Below, piece by piece: positions 16,774 to 37,355 of a stretch of 64,000 nucleotides of DNA. Within the stretch, counting starts at the first letter, position 1; each line of letters starts with the position of its first letter. The DNA is from the human T2T-CHM13v2.0 reference genome, Homo sapiens. Below the pieces are notes generated by a model. The model saw only the letters and a list, made by a program, of their open reading frames with translations. It ran no database searches and was not told where the DNA came from. The DNA lies in NCBI RefSeq assembly GCF_009914755.1, contig NC_060927.1. One strand, given 5' to 3'. The translations under genes were made by a program, and so were the position numbers.

Positions 16774-17837
16774 TCTTTCAGAGTAATTTTAATTAAAGCT
16801 ATTTTTTGTTAATTTTGAACAGATAATATTTATAGATAGTAATAAATTTGAACAGAAAAAGTCTATCTAAATAGAAAAATCCTCCCCCTTCCCACTTACT
16901 CCCAGCCATCTAGGTGGAGATCCAGAAGGCAACCACTTTAACCAGCTTCTTGTATATCTTGTGTATCCTTCTCAAGATGATCTATGCACAATCATACATA
17001 TAGCCCTCTTATTTTATCCAAATGGGAACTTACTGGATACACTGTTCTCCCCTTGACTTTACCCTCACTTAAATATACATCTTACATGGACTGAAATTTA
17101 AGGTATCAGTATGAAGTTGTGATTTCTAGGATATTTGTAATTACAAATGTGTACATGTATATGTGCATATACGTGCATATATTTACAGCTTCTGTCTGCT
17201 GAAAGAGCCTAAAAACAAAGATACCAAGTAGTAATAGCACATCTTGCATCCAGATCTTGGACTCTAATATTTTCAACACCAAAAGGAACCAGGGCTCTTA
17301 AGAGAAATGGCCGGTAACAAAGCTGGATCAGAGCATGCCTGAGAGGGGCCTAGATGATCATATTAGGCCAGAAAGTAAGGAAGTGCCAAAAAAAAAAAAA
17401 AAAAAAATGATAGGGACATGTCACAAGGACACAAGAGTCAGCTTGAAGGGGTTCCCGCTGGCCAAATCTGGGACAGCTGGAGCACCACGATAATTGAGAA
17501 TGGCAATGAATGACAAACCACTGAAAAACTAAGAATCCAAAACGATAATAGACAAATAGGTGAGAAGGGAAAGCTCTAGCTTACAGTAAAATACCAACTT
17601 CTGATTAGTAAATGATGAGAGTGCTGGAGTTGGATAATCATTATTTTGTAACCAATAAATAAAGGTTGTTTCAGGCAAGAATCTTTAATGGATACTAAAG
17701 AGAGATTGGACTTTTTTGAGGAGCAGGATATTTGCATGATCTTAAAGTGTCTCTGCAAAGATTGTTAGTTGCAAGGGAAAGAATCTATTTAATATTTGGG
17801 AAAGTGGACAACACTTTGACTAGGGGATCAAAATTCA

Positions 17838-18568
<731 letters not shown>

Positions 18569-18659
18569 GACAAAGAAAGGCTATGAAAATGTTTTAGATT
18601 AAAGAAAACTAATGAGATATGATAACTAAATCCACGACCCAATCCTAGAGTAGATCTTC

Positions 18660-18856
18660 TACATATATCTTGTATATATGTATTCATATTAAATATATTG
18701 TGTATGGATCTCTTTATATGTATATTTATTCTAAGTATACAGATAAATACATATGCATTACAATACATATACAGAAGCAATACATATAAATACATAAACA
18801 TAGTCTACATATAAATACATAAACATATTCTAAACATACATATACACTATAATACA
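18660..18856. repeat. TA/CA-rich low-complexity tract
   Basis: Repeated tatata/catata motifs. Confidence 0.75.
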
Positions 18857-19572
18857 TGTTATGGTTTCAATGTATGTTGCCCTCCAAAATTCATATGTTG
18901 AAACCTAGTCACCAAGGTAATGATATTGGAAGGTGGGGCTAGGAGGTGATTAGGTTATGAGGGCTCCTTCCTCATGGATGGGATTAACACCCTTAGAAAA
19001 GGCTTGAGGGTAGCTGAGCATAGTGGCTCACACCTATAATCCCAGCATTTAGGGAGGCCCAGGCAGGAGGATAGGTTGAGCCCAGGAGTTTGAGACCAGT
19101 CTGGGCAACACAGCAAAACCCCCTCTCTAAAAAAAATTAAAAAATCAGCCAGGCATGGTGGTGTGTGCCTGCAGTCCCAGCAACCTGGCCAGGATGATCG
19201 CTCAAGCCCAGAAGTTCGAGGCTGCAGTGAGCTATGATCCTAAGCTATTGCACTCTAGCCTGGGTGACAGAGAGAGACCCCATCTCTAAAATCAAAACAA
19301 AACAAAACATAAAGGGCTTGAGGGAGTGAGTTTGCTTCTTTTGCTCTTCCATTCTCCTTCCATGTGAGGCCAAAGCGTTCGTCACCTCCCAAGGAGGGAG
19401 CAACAGCATGCCATCTTGGAAGGAGAGACTGGGTCCCTCACCAGACACCAAACTTGGTGGCACCTTGATTGTGGACTTCCCAACCTCCAGAACTGTGACA
19501 AATAAATTTCTGTTCTTTATAAATTATTGAGTCTGCAGTATTTTATTATAGCGGCACGAACAAACTAAGGTA
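18857..19572 (+). mobile_element. MaLR solo LTR (MSTD-like), containing an AluJ
   Basis: tgttatggttt...aactaaggta with 5-bp TSD ataca. Confidence 0.82.
19012..19310 (+). mobile_element. AluJ
   Basis: TSD-like ggcttgaggg on both sides. Confidence 0.86.
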
Positions 19573-19991
19573 ATACATACATAATACATGTAACTGTAAA
19601 AATATTATTCTAAGTAAACATAAATATATAACATTCTTATGTGTATATATATATCATATAAGTATATATAGAGAGAAGCAAATGATAAGAAATAATCAGA
19701 TGATGATAAAATGTTAACAATGGGTGGGTGAATCTGGACAAAGGGCATGTGATATTCTTTGTGCTATTCTTATTCTTGCAACTTTTCTGTTGAGTTTGAA
19801 ATTAGTTTCAACTAAACATAAAACATCCAAGAATATATATTAGAAAATGTAATATGTAATCACTATAGACTCATGTTATCTATTTTTTATTTTTCAATGG
19901 ACTAAAATGCTTAAATTTTAAGGATAGAGTTCAATTCATTTTGATAAATGTATATAGACATGTAACACCACCCAATCAAGATATGGAACCT

Positions 19992-20310
19992 AGCCGGGCG
20001 TGGTGGCTCCCACTTGTAATCCCAGCACTTTGGGAGGCTGAGGTGGGTGGATCACCTGAGGTCAGGAGTTCGAGACCAGCCTGGCCAACATGGCTGGTCT
20101 CGAACCGCATCTCTACTAAAAATGCAAAAATTACCCAGGCGTGGTGGCGGGTGCCTATAATCCCAGCTACCCAGGAGGCTGAGGCAGGAGAATTGCTTGA
20201 ACCTGTGTGGGGCAGAGGTTGCAGTGAGCCAAGATTGTGCCACTGCACTCCAGCCTGGGCAACAGAGTGAAACTCCATCTCAAAAAAAAAAAATATATAT
20301 ATATATATAT
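19992..20310 (+). mobile_element. AluS carrying an internal 14-bp inverted duplication; sits in a minus-strand L1M fragment (about 19900-20700)
   Basis: Full dimer; see hairpin finding. Confidence 0.9.
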
Positions 20311-20701
20311 GGAATATTTCCTAGAAAGTTCCTTTTGTCTCCTTCCAATTAGTCTCCACCACCCCTCATCCCTAACAGCAGCTACTGTTTTGATTTTCTA
20401 TCACAACATAGTTTTGCCTATTTTGAAATTTTTCTAAAAGGAATCATAATCATACTGTTTAGTGTCTAGCTTCTTTCTCTCAAGAGAATATATTTGAAAT
20501 GTATCCATGTTGTTGAACGCATCAGTACTTCACTCTTTTTTATTGCTTAATGGTATTTACATTATATAAATGTGACACAACTTGTATATACTTTTCCGCT
20601 GACCAGCTGATGGACATTCTTGTGTATGTCTTTTTGTGAATTTGTGTTTTCATTTCTTCTGGTTGGGTCATAGGTTAGGTGTATGTTTAAAGAAACTATC
20701 A

Positions 20702-21046
<345 letters not shown>

Positions 21047-21565
21047 TTACCACTTTTATTGGCTACAAAGTATTTCACTGATTGGGTAGCTAATTATTTA
21101 ACCAGTCCCCTATTGTCAAGCATTACGTTATTCTCAATCTTTTACCTTTATAAACAGCTTAATAATGAATATCGCTGTCTAAGCAGCTTCATGCAGATGT
21201 GTGAAAATATCTGTAGAATAACTTTACAGATGGGTGAAAGAGGGTGTACATTTGAATTTTCTATAAATACTGATAATTAGTCCTTCACATTGCTCATTAC
21301 CAAATCCATTCCTACCAGTGAAATATAAGAGTGCTTGTTTTCTCATATCTGTTTGCCAAAGTTATAGGTAAAATTTTGAATGTTTTAGTTTTAATTTGTT
21401 TTTCTCTTCTGAGAATCACAATGTTGACTTTTTACTTTAGTTTCCTGGATTTATGTCACCCCTATATTTTAGATCCGTGTTTTGTTTCACCTGTACAACT
21501 TAGCTTCCTCCCAAGTCCCTTTCTATCATCTTAGACACCACCTTCAGACTAATTTTACCATGTCA

Positions 21566-21905
<340 letters not shown>

Positions 21906-22225
21906 AAAACCTTCCCTGGATCCCCACTGTCTACTGAATAAAATCCAAAACCTGCCTCCTCACACTGAAGATCTAGTCCTTGTTTCTTACTCTTTCCTCC
22001 AAAAGATTACTGTTTACGTGCTCCAACAAAAATGAGGCTTCCCATGGGCCTCAGTCCATTGTGTACTTCCTGCCTCTATGCCTTCACACATGCGGTTCCC
22101 TCAGCCCAGAGAACCCTTTTCTCCCTCTCTACCTGTTGAATCTTATCTTGCCCAGAAACCCTGCCCAAATGCCATCTTAGCCAGAAGCCCTAACCAAATG
22201 AGACAAGATGAAAGGTCTTGCTTAC

Positions 22226-22345
22226 CGGCACTTTCGTTTTAAACTCATTTCGATAGTATTTAATGCCAATGTCAGTGAATGTCCTCTGGATAAAGCGAGA
22301 TGGACGAAGGATGAATATGAGCTGTAAGTTTCCTGGAAATGCCAC
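22226..22345 (-). CDS. MCF2L2: Coding exon (120 nt, phase 0-0) of MCF2L2, SEC14 domain
   Basis: gcttgcag|GTG...CCG|gtaagc; VAFPGNLQLIFILRPSRFIQRTFTDIGIKYYRNEFKTKVP. Confidence 0.93.
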
Positions 22346-22569
22346 CTGCAAGCATCAGGAAAAGTGTCAGGAGGAGAGAGAAAAATGTCATATTCGTTAC
22401 CAGGGTCTACTTTGGTCTCCCCTTGCCCAAGATTAAGATCACAGAAGGAAAAGTTAAAACGGATGCCATGGATGTAAATTTCACCAGATTTCAGGGCTAA
22501 AAGAGACCCTAGAGGTCAGATAATCCTAACCCCTCCTAAAAAAACAAAGCAAACCAAACAAGCAAGAAA

Positions 22570-23060
22570 AATGTTTTCTGATTATAAAAATAATTCATAT
22601 TATTTATAGAAAAATTGGGAAATTAATAAAACTATACATTAGAAAGTGAAAACTCACCCATGGGTTTTTATAGCCATACTTAATATTTCCATCTGTTCAC
22701 TTATAGGATGTTTTCTCTGTTTAAATATCTTTACCATGGCTCATATTCTTAAAATATTTTGTAACCGGCCTTCTCACTTAATGTTATACCATAGGCTTTT
22801 ATTCCTGTTATTAATAAATTCTTTGGAAATATTATTTTTTACGGGTGTACAATTTATTTAACCAATCCCTTATTGTTAATCATTTAGGCTTTTTGATAAT
22901 TTTACTATTGTAAATAATACTGAGACGAACACCTTTATCCACATCTTGGAATATTTTCTTAGGCTAGAGTCGTAAAATAATTACTGAATCAAAGAGTTCG
23001 TATTTTAAGTATTCTTGATGTATATTATTGCTAAGTTGCTTTCAGAAAGTATCGCCCACA
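22570..23060 (-). mobile_element. Old L1ME-like 3' fragment
   Basis: aatttatttaaccaatcccttattg...tattgctaagttgctttcagaaag. Confidence 0.6.
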
Positions 23061-23154
23061 TCGCAAGGCAAGATTCTGAGCAGGTTCATGTAATGCTTCG
23101 GGGCAGACTTAGGAACCCAGGTCTCCATGGAAACTGCCATGGCTTTCCATTCTT

Positions 23155-23320
23155 CCAGTGGTTCCCCCAAAGCAACCTCCTATGGGGATTTTTTTTTTCT
23201 AAATCAGGTCTTTACTCCAGACTATTTTGATTCATTAGGACTGGGATGAAATCTAGGTATCAGTATTTTCAACGAGCACCTGAAGAGATTCTGGCAGGTA
23301 GCCAGATTTGGGGATCCCTG
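23155..23320. mobile_element. MER5-like hAT element
   Basis: cagtggttccc...gggatccctg termini. Confidence 0.5.
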
Positions 23321-24087
23321 CACTACAGCATGTTTTACATATAAAGTGATCAACGTAATTCTGGGACAAATTAGGCTCAGACATTAGATTACTCATGTAT
23401 TATGTATGGACCCTGGAAAGCCAGAACTCTCTAGAGGCCAGACCTCTGGAATAGTCATGGGCATCAATCATGGCTGCAGTTATCCCAAAGATAAATCCTA
23501 TATCCACAACTAAACTAAAGGGAGAAAACAATCCATGCGGCAATGGGAGGACTCTCTTCCCCATCTTTAAATGCAAGCTCCTAACAGAAGAACCTTGCGC
23601 TTTGTTGTGCCAAGACGGAAAGTATTAGCTGAGACATAATTTGTGAATTTGGATGAGGCTCTAGAGCGATCTGAGAGGGACTCCGTGTGTGTGCATGTTT
23701 GCATGTGTGACTCCTTCTGCAAGCAGGTTTAAGTGAGGTTTCAAATATCCCTCTCCTGTCCTGCTTTACCACACTACCACATCCATCCTCTTTAGCCAGT
23801 CCCAACTGCCCCAGAGGGCCTATGCTCAGGTAAAAATGCTGACTTAGCTGGCCCTAAGGTGTCTCTGCTTGTGGTGGAGTTCACAAGTCTGAGGTCCCTA
23901 CAGAGGAAGGACACATCTACTTGCTGAAAGACAACAGATAGGGATCAAAATCAGACTATAAGCAAAAGGAGGCCAATCCAAGGTGATATAATTTAATGCA
24001 AATGCAAGCACACCTCCCACCATGCTACTTAAATATCATTGTGTCTGGTTTTACCATTGTCTTTCTAATATATGAATAAATAATTTG

Positions 24088-24846
<759 letters not shown>

Positions 24847-24965
24847 AAAGACCTTCCCAAAATTTGACATAAAATAATTGCCTTTTCCCCAGGACTTTGA
24901 TATGAAATAGTTGAACAGACAATTTAAATGACTTTTATAATAAAAGCACAAAAATAAATATTTAC

Positions 24966-25056
24966 AGCTATTCGTGTCAAGGATGCCTTTACGGAGCTCC
25001 ACTTGTCTCTTCGTCTGTCGATAACAACAATGAATCCAATGCTGGCAGCCTCCACA
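24966..25056 (-). CDS. MCF2L2: Coding exon (91 nt, phase 2 to phase 0) of MCF2L2, SEC14 domain
   Basis: ctttgcag|T...GCT|gtaaat; (S)VEAASIGFIVVIDRRRDKWSSVKASLTRIA, the conserved FIVVIDRR..W motif; frame-compatible with the 115-nt exon. Confidence 0.92.
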
Positions 25057-25699
25057 CTGCAAAGAAGGGTGGTCAGTGTCAGAGATTAGGTGAGACCCAT
25101 ATGCTCCATGTGGCTCCCACAGCAGAATACACCCTGAAGCCTCCACAGCACTCCAGGCTCACCGTGTAAACACCCTGCACAGCACAACCAACTCCCTCTC
25201 CCAGTCTAAGCCTGGTAATCTTAACAAAATAGATACTTTGTTTCTCAGACCCACTGGAGGACTCCCTTTCTGGCTGGCAAATGCATGAAACACCAAAGGA
25301 ACACGTGTTCAAGCCCAAAGGAAATATGCACGTGTCAGGTGAGCATCACATATTCCCAATGTAGGCGGAGGACCTTGAGGTTGAGCTCTGCCATCCTTCC
25401 GCTCCCAAAGCAAACATTCACAGAGCTATCAGTACAGTAACACGCTCAGCTATGAGGCTCTAGAGCAGTCTGAGAGGGAGTAATGAGAGAGGTGTTTAGA
25501 ATTAACACGTCAGTGGGAAAAGCAACCCCCTGGCAGTGCCTGGCTATAAATAGGCCAATAGACAATATGCTTGAGAAGACATCATTGTCACTAAGACCAA
25601 AAGGAAGCTGTTTGGTCCCCTCTCAAGTCCTCACGAAATTCTCACAGAATCTTTCGAAAGTAGAATTCTAAAAGTGAAAACATTTTTTTTCTCTCCTTT

Positions 25700-26045
25700 G
25701 GGAAGAAGCACGGTACAGAGGAAAGAGCAAGGTCTTTGGGGCCTGGTTCAAACGCTAGTATTGCCACTTACTAGCAGTGACACACAGAGGAGTTCACCTA
25801 ACTCTTCTAAAATCCGGTGCTCTTCTCTGTAAAATGAGAATCATATTACCAGTAATGAGATGGTTAAAAGCACAGATTCTGGAACCAACTTGACTAGATT
25901 TGAATTCTGAATTCTATTTATATATTGTGTGTGCTTTTTGGGGGTTGAGGGGTAGTTACTTAACCCCTGTAGTTTCTCAGACTCTTCGTTTGTAAATCTG
26001 AAATAATAAAATAGTATCTACCTATGAGGTTGATGTGAAGATTAA

Positions 26046-26094
<49 letters not shown>

Positions 26095-26165
26095 CATATA
26101 TGTACAAACATGTAAAATGCTCAGGACAACGCCTGGCACTTGGTAATACTGTATAAGCACTATTA
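25700..26165 (+). mobile_element. Two adjacent MIR fragments
   Basis: ctctgtaaaatgagaat and tttgtaaatctgaaataataaaatagtatctacc cores. Confidence 0.65.
26047..26091. repeat. (TG)n microsatellite, about 22 units
   Basis: Seen directly. Confidence 0.95.
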
Positions 26166-26791
26166 TTCTTTCTTTCTTTTCTCCACTTCTATTAAGTCTT
26201 ATGTGCTTGTCACAGAGATTAAAAGAGATATAGTACATGATAAGTAGTTGGCCTATAGTAAACCTTCAATTTTGGGTAAAAGGTGGGCTTTACCCTACAA
26301 AAGTGTGTATATGTGAATGAGGCAGAAGGTCTAAGCAAAACCTGCAGGAAAACATAAGAAGCTAATCTCAGTTAAGCATCATTGGGTTAATCGATTCTCA
26401 CAGCCCCATACTGACCCAGGTTATCTTGCTGAAAATTCATTTTAAAAATGAAAGTGAAATAAGGACATTTCCAGACAATAGAGGTGAGAGAATGTATTGT
26501 CATTAGATATATACTTGAAGAAATATAGGTTCAGCTGATGTTTAGGAAGACTTTCACTCCTACCAAAAACAAACAAAACACTGGTGAAGTTAAAAGCTCA
26601 TATTTTTCCTTAAATATGAGAGAACTCTGAAGACAAAGAAATATAAATGAACAAATTCCAGAGAGACTTAAGACCTTCCATAGAGAGCAAATACTAGAGC
26701 AGACTTTTACATAAAGTGGTGCTTGCCTATTCTGAGAATAGGCAGGCAAATGAATGAATCTGAAGGGAAATAATCCAACATGATAACTTGA

Positions 26792-27088
<297 letters not shown>

Positions 27089-27308
27089 CAACATAGCAAC
27101 TTGAATCTGCAAGAAGAAATAGAGAGTTATGTAAATGTTATGTAAACGTTAAATATGTGAATAAGTATTATCAACTGTGTTTTTTATTTCTCTGAGGACT
27201 ACTAACTAATCAAAGTAAAAATAACACAGTATTATTATAAAATAAATATGTCACAACAATAGCATGAAGAACGGAATGCAGTAAGTAAAATTACTTTTAC
27301 TTACTATT

Positions 27309-27575
27309 AGCCAGGTGCAGTGGCTCACACCTGTAATCCCAGCACCTTAGGAGGCCAAGGCAGGAGGATCGCTTGGGCTCAGGAGTTCAAGGCCGGCCTG
27401 AGCAACAACAAGATACTATCTCTACTAAAATTTAAAAAAATTAGCCAGGCCTGGTGGTGTGTGCCCGTAGTCTCAGCTCCTCAGTAGGCTGTTCTGGGAG
27501 GATTGCTTGAGCACAAGAGATAGACTGGGCTCAAAACCAAAACAAAAACAAAACCACCACCCCCCCCAAAAAAAG
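27309..27575 (+). mobile_element. AluJ with deleted right-arm end
   Basis: Diverged Alu, abrupt end before (CAAAA) tail. Confidence 0.78.
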
Positions 27576-27878
27576 TACTATTGAAACTAGTATTGGGTGA
27601 AATTAAACTATACTATTTATATTGTATATAAAGTGGTATGAAATTAATCCCAGGTAGATTGTGCTAATTCAAAAACACATACTGTGACATCAGGAAATAA
27701 CTGCTAAAAACTCAATAAAGGAGATAAACAGAATACTGAAAATATTTGAATAATTCAAAAGAAGGCAGGAAAGGAGAAATAAAGGAACAAGTCACAGATT
27801 GGCAGATTAAAACCCAACCATCTTAATAATCACATTAATTGGAAATGGCCTATAACGCTCCATTTAAAAGGCAAATAG

Positions 27879-32005
<4,127 letters not shown>

Positions 32006-34042
32006 AAAAGGCAAGTAGAGACGGAGTAAATACACTGCTTACAAAAGATACACTTTTGTGTATGAGGAGAGAGTTAGATTGAAAGAAAAGGGTAGTAAAA
32101 CATACACCATGCTATCACTAGTCATAAGAAAGCCAATGTGGCTATGTGAATATTTTTCAAAGTAGTATTTATGACAAGGAGTATCGGCAGAGATAAGTTA
32201 TTCATAAATATAAAAGGGCCTTTTTATCAGGAAGACATAAGAATCCTAAATGTCTAAGCGTACAATAACATTGCCCCAAAGACACAAAGCAAAAATGGGT
32301 AGAACTAAAAGAAAAACAGATAAATCCACAAAGTTTGAGATTCTAGTATTCCTCTCTCAGTAATTCATAGAACAAGCAGCCAAAAATTAGTAAGAACATA
32401 GACCCGACTTGGAAGAACACAACATCTAGCAATGCAGACGATATTCTTTTCAAATGCTCATGGAATATTTAACAAGATAGACCATTGTCTGGGTCATAAA
32501 GCAAGTATCAACAAATTTTACATGATGCTAATCATAGAGGGTGCACTTCTGATCACCATGGAATTAAACTGGAACTCTACTATTCCTCTCTTTTCTATTT
32601 CATTTATCTTTGGTTCTTTTTATTTTCCTTTACAATTTCCTTCCTTTTGTTTTCTTTGGGTTTCTTATTCTCTTTTCAAACTTCTTAAGGTATAAGATTA
32701 GAGCACTGACTTTAAGCCTTTCTTCTTCTCCAATATAAGTATTTCAAGTTACAATTTCTTCCTAAGCACTACTTTTATCTATATCACATGAATGTTGACA
32801 TACTGTTTTTGTTATTGCTCGGTAAAAATGTTTTCTCACTTCCTTTGTGATTTTTTTCTTTGATTCATAGGTTATATAGAGGTGGTTGCTTAGCTTCCGA
32901 ATGTTACTGGGCACTGATCATAGGGGACACAGAATGAGCAAAACAGTTCTGCTGCACTAGCAAAAACGTGTGAACGTCAAACACAACAACAATCATTCTA
33001 GATAGTCATAGCTGCTATTTATTGAGTTCCTATCATTTGTCAGACTTATTTGTTTTCTGTCTCACTTAACCTAACGAAACAGATGTTATCTCCTTTTAAC
33101 AGCAGAAGAAACCAAGGCTGATAGAACAGAATAACTTGCCTGATATCACACTAGCAAGCCTGGCTTTCAGACTCAGCTGTCTGATACTGATGCTCTTCAC
33201 CCTATTCCACTGCTCCCCTTCCACTGTTTTTTTCACAGCAAACCTGCTTGTACCTTGTGGCAGCTTGATTTTGTATATTTTGCTGCTCCTTTTTTTTTTC
33301 TTTTCTACTTGAACCACGTAATCATTGAAGGAAGTTCTAAGGGAGCCACCAGGACTCTTAAACAAGGTGAAGCTGGGAGAGGCTTAGCAAATATTAGATC
33401 GTTTATAAACACAGGCTATTCTTTCACCTATGAAATAAGCAGCTGCTGGCATATATGGTCTCCCCGGCCAAACTGAGGGCAAATGTTCCTCAGAACAAGA
33501 CTCCTCTTCGCTCCACACAGACTAAGACCCAACCAGAGCATCTGGGTAAATGGAGTGTGGGATCTGCTGGAAAAATACCTGTGAACAGAAAGAGCTGTGT
33601 CTCCTGACATAATTGTATATAGGCCACAGTTCAGAAAGAGACAAGGAATCACGACAATGACTTTAAATCATCCTCCCATAAGGTATACATGCTAGACAAC
33701 ACTCAGTAATGACTGCTGGGGTGGGATTTTTTTTTTTCACCCTCTCTTATTCAACAAAGGTATGAAAACGTCAACTAAACCAAATGCACAGGAAATGGGG
33801 TTTCTGGCCAATGTATTTCTTAAGGTAACACTTGGTTTTTACCCCTCTTGTTCTTTTTAACACCAAAGCCCTATGATGTGTCAGACACCTGCACAAATAC
33901 TCTTTGATATGATTGTCATACTCGCTCTATGAGGTTGGTGATAACATTTTCATTTAATAGACAAGGAAACTAATCCTCAAGAATGCTTCGAAAAATAACT
34001 TGCAAAAGTCACACCCTATATGCAGAGTTAAGAGTCATTAGA

Positions 34043-34340
<298 letters not shown>

Positions 34341-34609
34341 TCATTAGAAGTCTTCAGACTCCAAGACCAATGCTCATGCCACAAAATTCATTATGTCTTG
34401 TTATAGAAAATATTGTAACACTATACTCCTTCATTTTCCAATCTTAGTAACTCCTCTGTCACAAATGTAATTGAACTTTTGATGAGTCACACCTGATATT
34501 CTGAAAATCACTAAATATAAATATGTAAGTATAAGAGATTGAGGTAAATATGTTCTGATCCCAAAATAGCAAAGAAGCATTGTGGTGTGTGTGATATTTA
34601 TTTTCTTAA

Positions 34610-34610
<1 letters not shown>

Positions 34611-34649
<39 letters not shown>

Positions 34650-34760
34650 TTATTTATTTATCAGAACCCCAGGGCTCAAGCAATCCTCCCATCTCAATCC
34701 TCCCATCTCACCCTCCCAAGTAGCTGGGACTACAGGTCATATCACTGTGCCAGGCTAGCT
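34611..34760 (-). repeat. (TA)n microsatellite (34611-34644) followed by an Alu fragment
   Basis: Seen directly; ctcccaagtagctgggactacagg. Confidence 0.8.
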
Positions 34761-34870
34761 CTGATGTTAATATACTTTCCTATGATTTGCCTTTTTTGGT
34801 AAGCAAGGTATAGAAAATATTTTGGTCAATTGAAATTTTATTGCATTGCCATCAGAACTGAGTCAAATGT

Positions 34871-34977
34871 AGGGTGACAAACCATCCTGTTTGTCTAGCA
34901 CTGAGAAGTTCCTGGGACACATTATTTTCAGTGCTAAAAACAACAGTCTCAGGAAAATCAGGACAATTGGTAACTCT
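34871..34977. mobile_element. MER94-like hAT-Blackjack MITE
   Basis: agggtgacaaacc...ttggtaactct TIRs, ttcagtgctaaaa core. Confidence 0.65.
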
Positions 34978-35649
34978 GATTCAAATACCTAATTCCAAGC
35001 ACTAATATGATTGTCATAGATATACTGCACATGGGGCTTCTTACTGGAAGAAATCAAACTACTATTCAGGACTGTCTATGTTTGCTGATGGTTACACTGT
35101 GAACTTAAGCAAATTTAGGAATTCCCTCTTGAATGGCAGTGCCCAGAGTTGTTCCTGGTATAGGAGATAAGATGATTAGCCTATGTCTTTTTAAATTTAT
35201 TAGTCTAATTCAGAAATAAAGTATCCATAATGCTTTCTAGTCTTGTGGCATTCTTTTGGCACCTTCATCTGCAAAATGGTGGGGGCTAACAGAAGCTCAT
35301 CTCAAGCCCTCCTTCCAATTTTAACATTCTATGATTTACTGATTCTGTATAGTGACTTCAAGTCGCTAGGGACCATGGATATGCTTCTACAAATTCAGTT
35401 GAATTGGGTTGATCATTTTTATAGGGTTTGGAAGATATGATAAGATACAACCAAATTAAGAATGGAAGACATATGGGATGATTTTGTCGATCTCTCAAGT
35501 ACTTCAGCATCTTCATCATACTTTCTCTCTCATCTGACCTCATCTTATCTTTTGCTATTTTCTTCAATGCCTCATCCTGAGTGGAAAGTCACTCTCCATG
35601 TTCTATGTAGGAGAACTAGCATCTTCACTTAGAATGGACTAAAGGTGAA

Positions 35650-36575
<926 letters not shown>

Positions 36576-36811
36576 AACCCAAAGCCTCTTAAGTGATTCA
36601 TGAATAAACAATGTAGAGTTATAGAAAACTGAAGCTTTAGGAATCAGCTACACTCATTCATAGAAAAGACCATATTTAGAGGATACTTCCGCTTTACAGA
36701 AGGAAGAAACATGGTCAATGCCTTAGTTCCGTGCTTTAATAATGAAGGAATCCCCTTCCACATCCCTGCAAGATGCCCACCCAGTTCCACCAGACACATC
36801 CAGTAATGGGA

Positions 36812-37191
36812 TGTATTAGCCCGTTCCCGCACTGCTATAAAAATATATCTGAAGCTGGGTAATTTATTTTTTAAAAAGAGTTTTAATTGGTTCACGGTTC
36901 TGCAGGCTATATGGGAAGCATGGCTGGGGAGGCTTCAGGAAACTTACAATCACAGTGGAAGGCAAAGCGGGGCAGGCACGTCTTATCGTGCCTGGAGCAG
37001 GAGGAAGAGAGTGAGGGAGGAGGTGCCACACAATTTTAAACAACCAGATCTTGTGAGGACTCTATCACAAGAACAGCACCAAAGGGGAAATCTGCCCCCA
37101 TGATCCATTCATCTCCCACCAGGCCCCACCTCCAACACGGGATTACAACTTGACCTGAGATTCGGGCAGGGACACAAATCCAAACCATATC
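36812..37191 (-). mobile_element. MSTA-like MaLR solo LTR
   Basis: tgtattagcccgttc...caaaccatatc. Confidence 0.85.
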
Positions 37192-37355
37192 CAGGGCCTC
37201 CACTGCCTCCAAGCCAACGTAATTCTCTGCTAGGGTGTCCAGAAAATAAGGCAGCCCTTTCCCCATATTCAGTCAAATATTCCTTTCTATAGAGCTTCCA
37301 CATTTCAGATTCCATCCTCTCACCACACTTTTTTTTTAATAGGAAGAGGAGTAGG

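Noticed and set aside
35470-35545. Possible C/D box snoRNA (gggatga...ctga)
   Set aside because: Imperfect C box, no terminal stem, no recognisable guide
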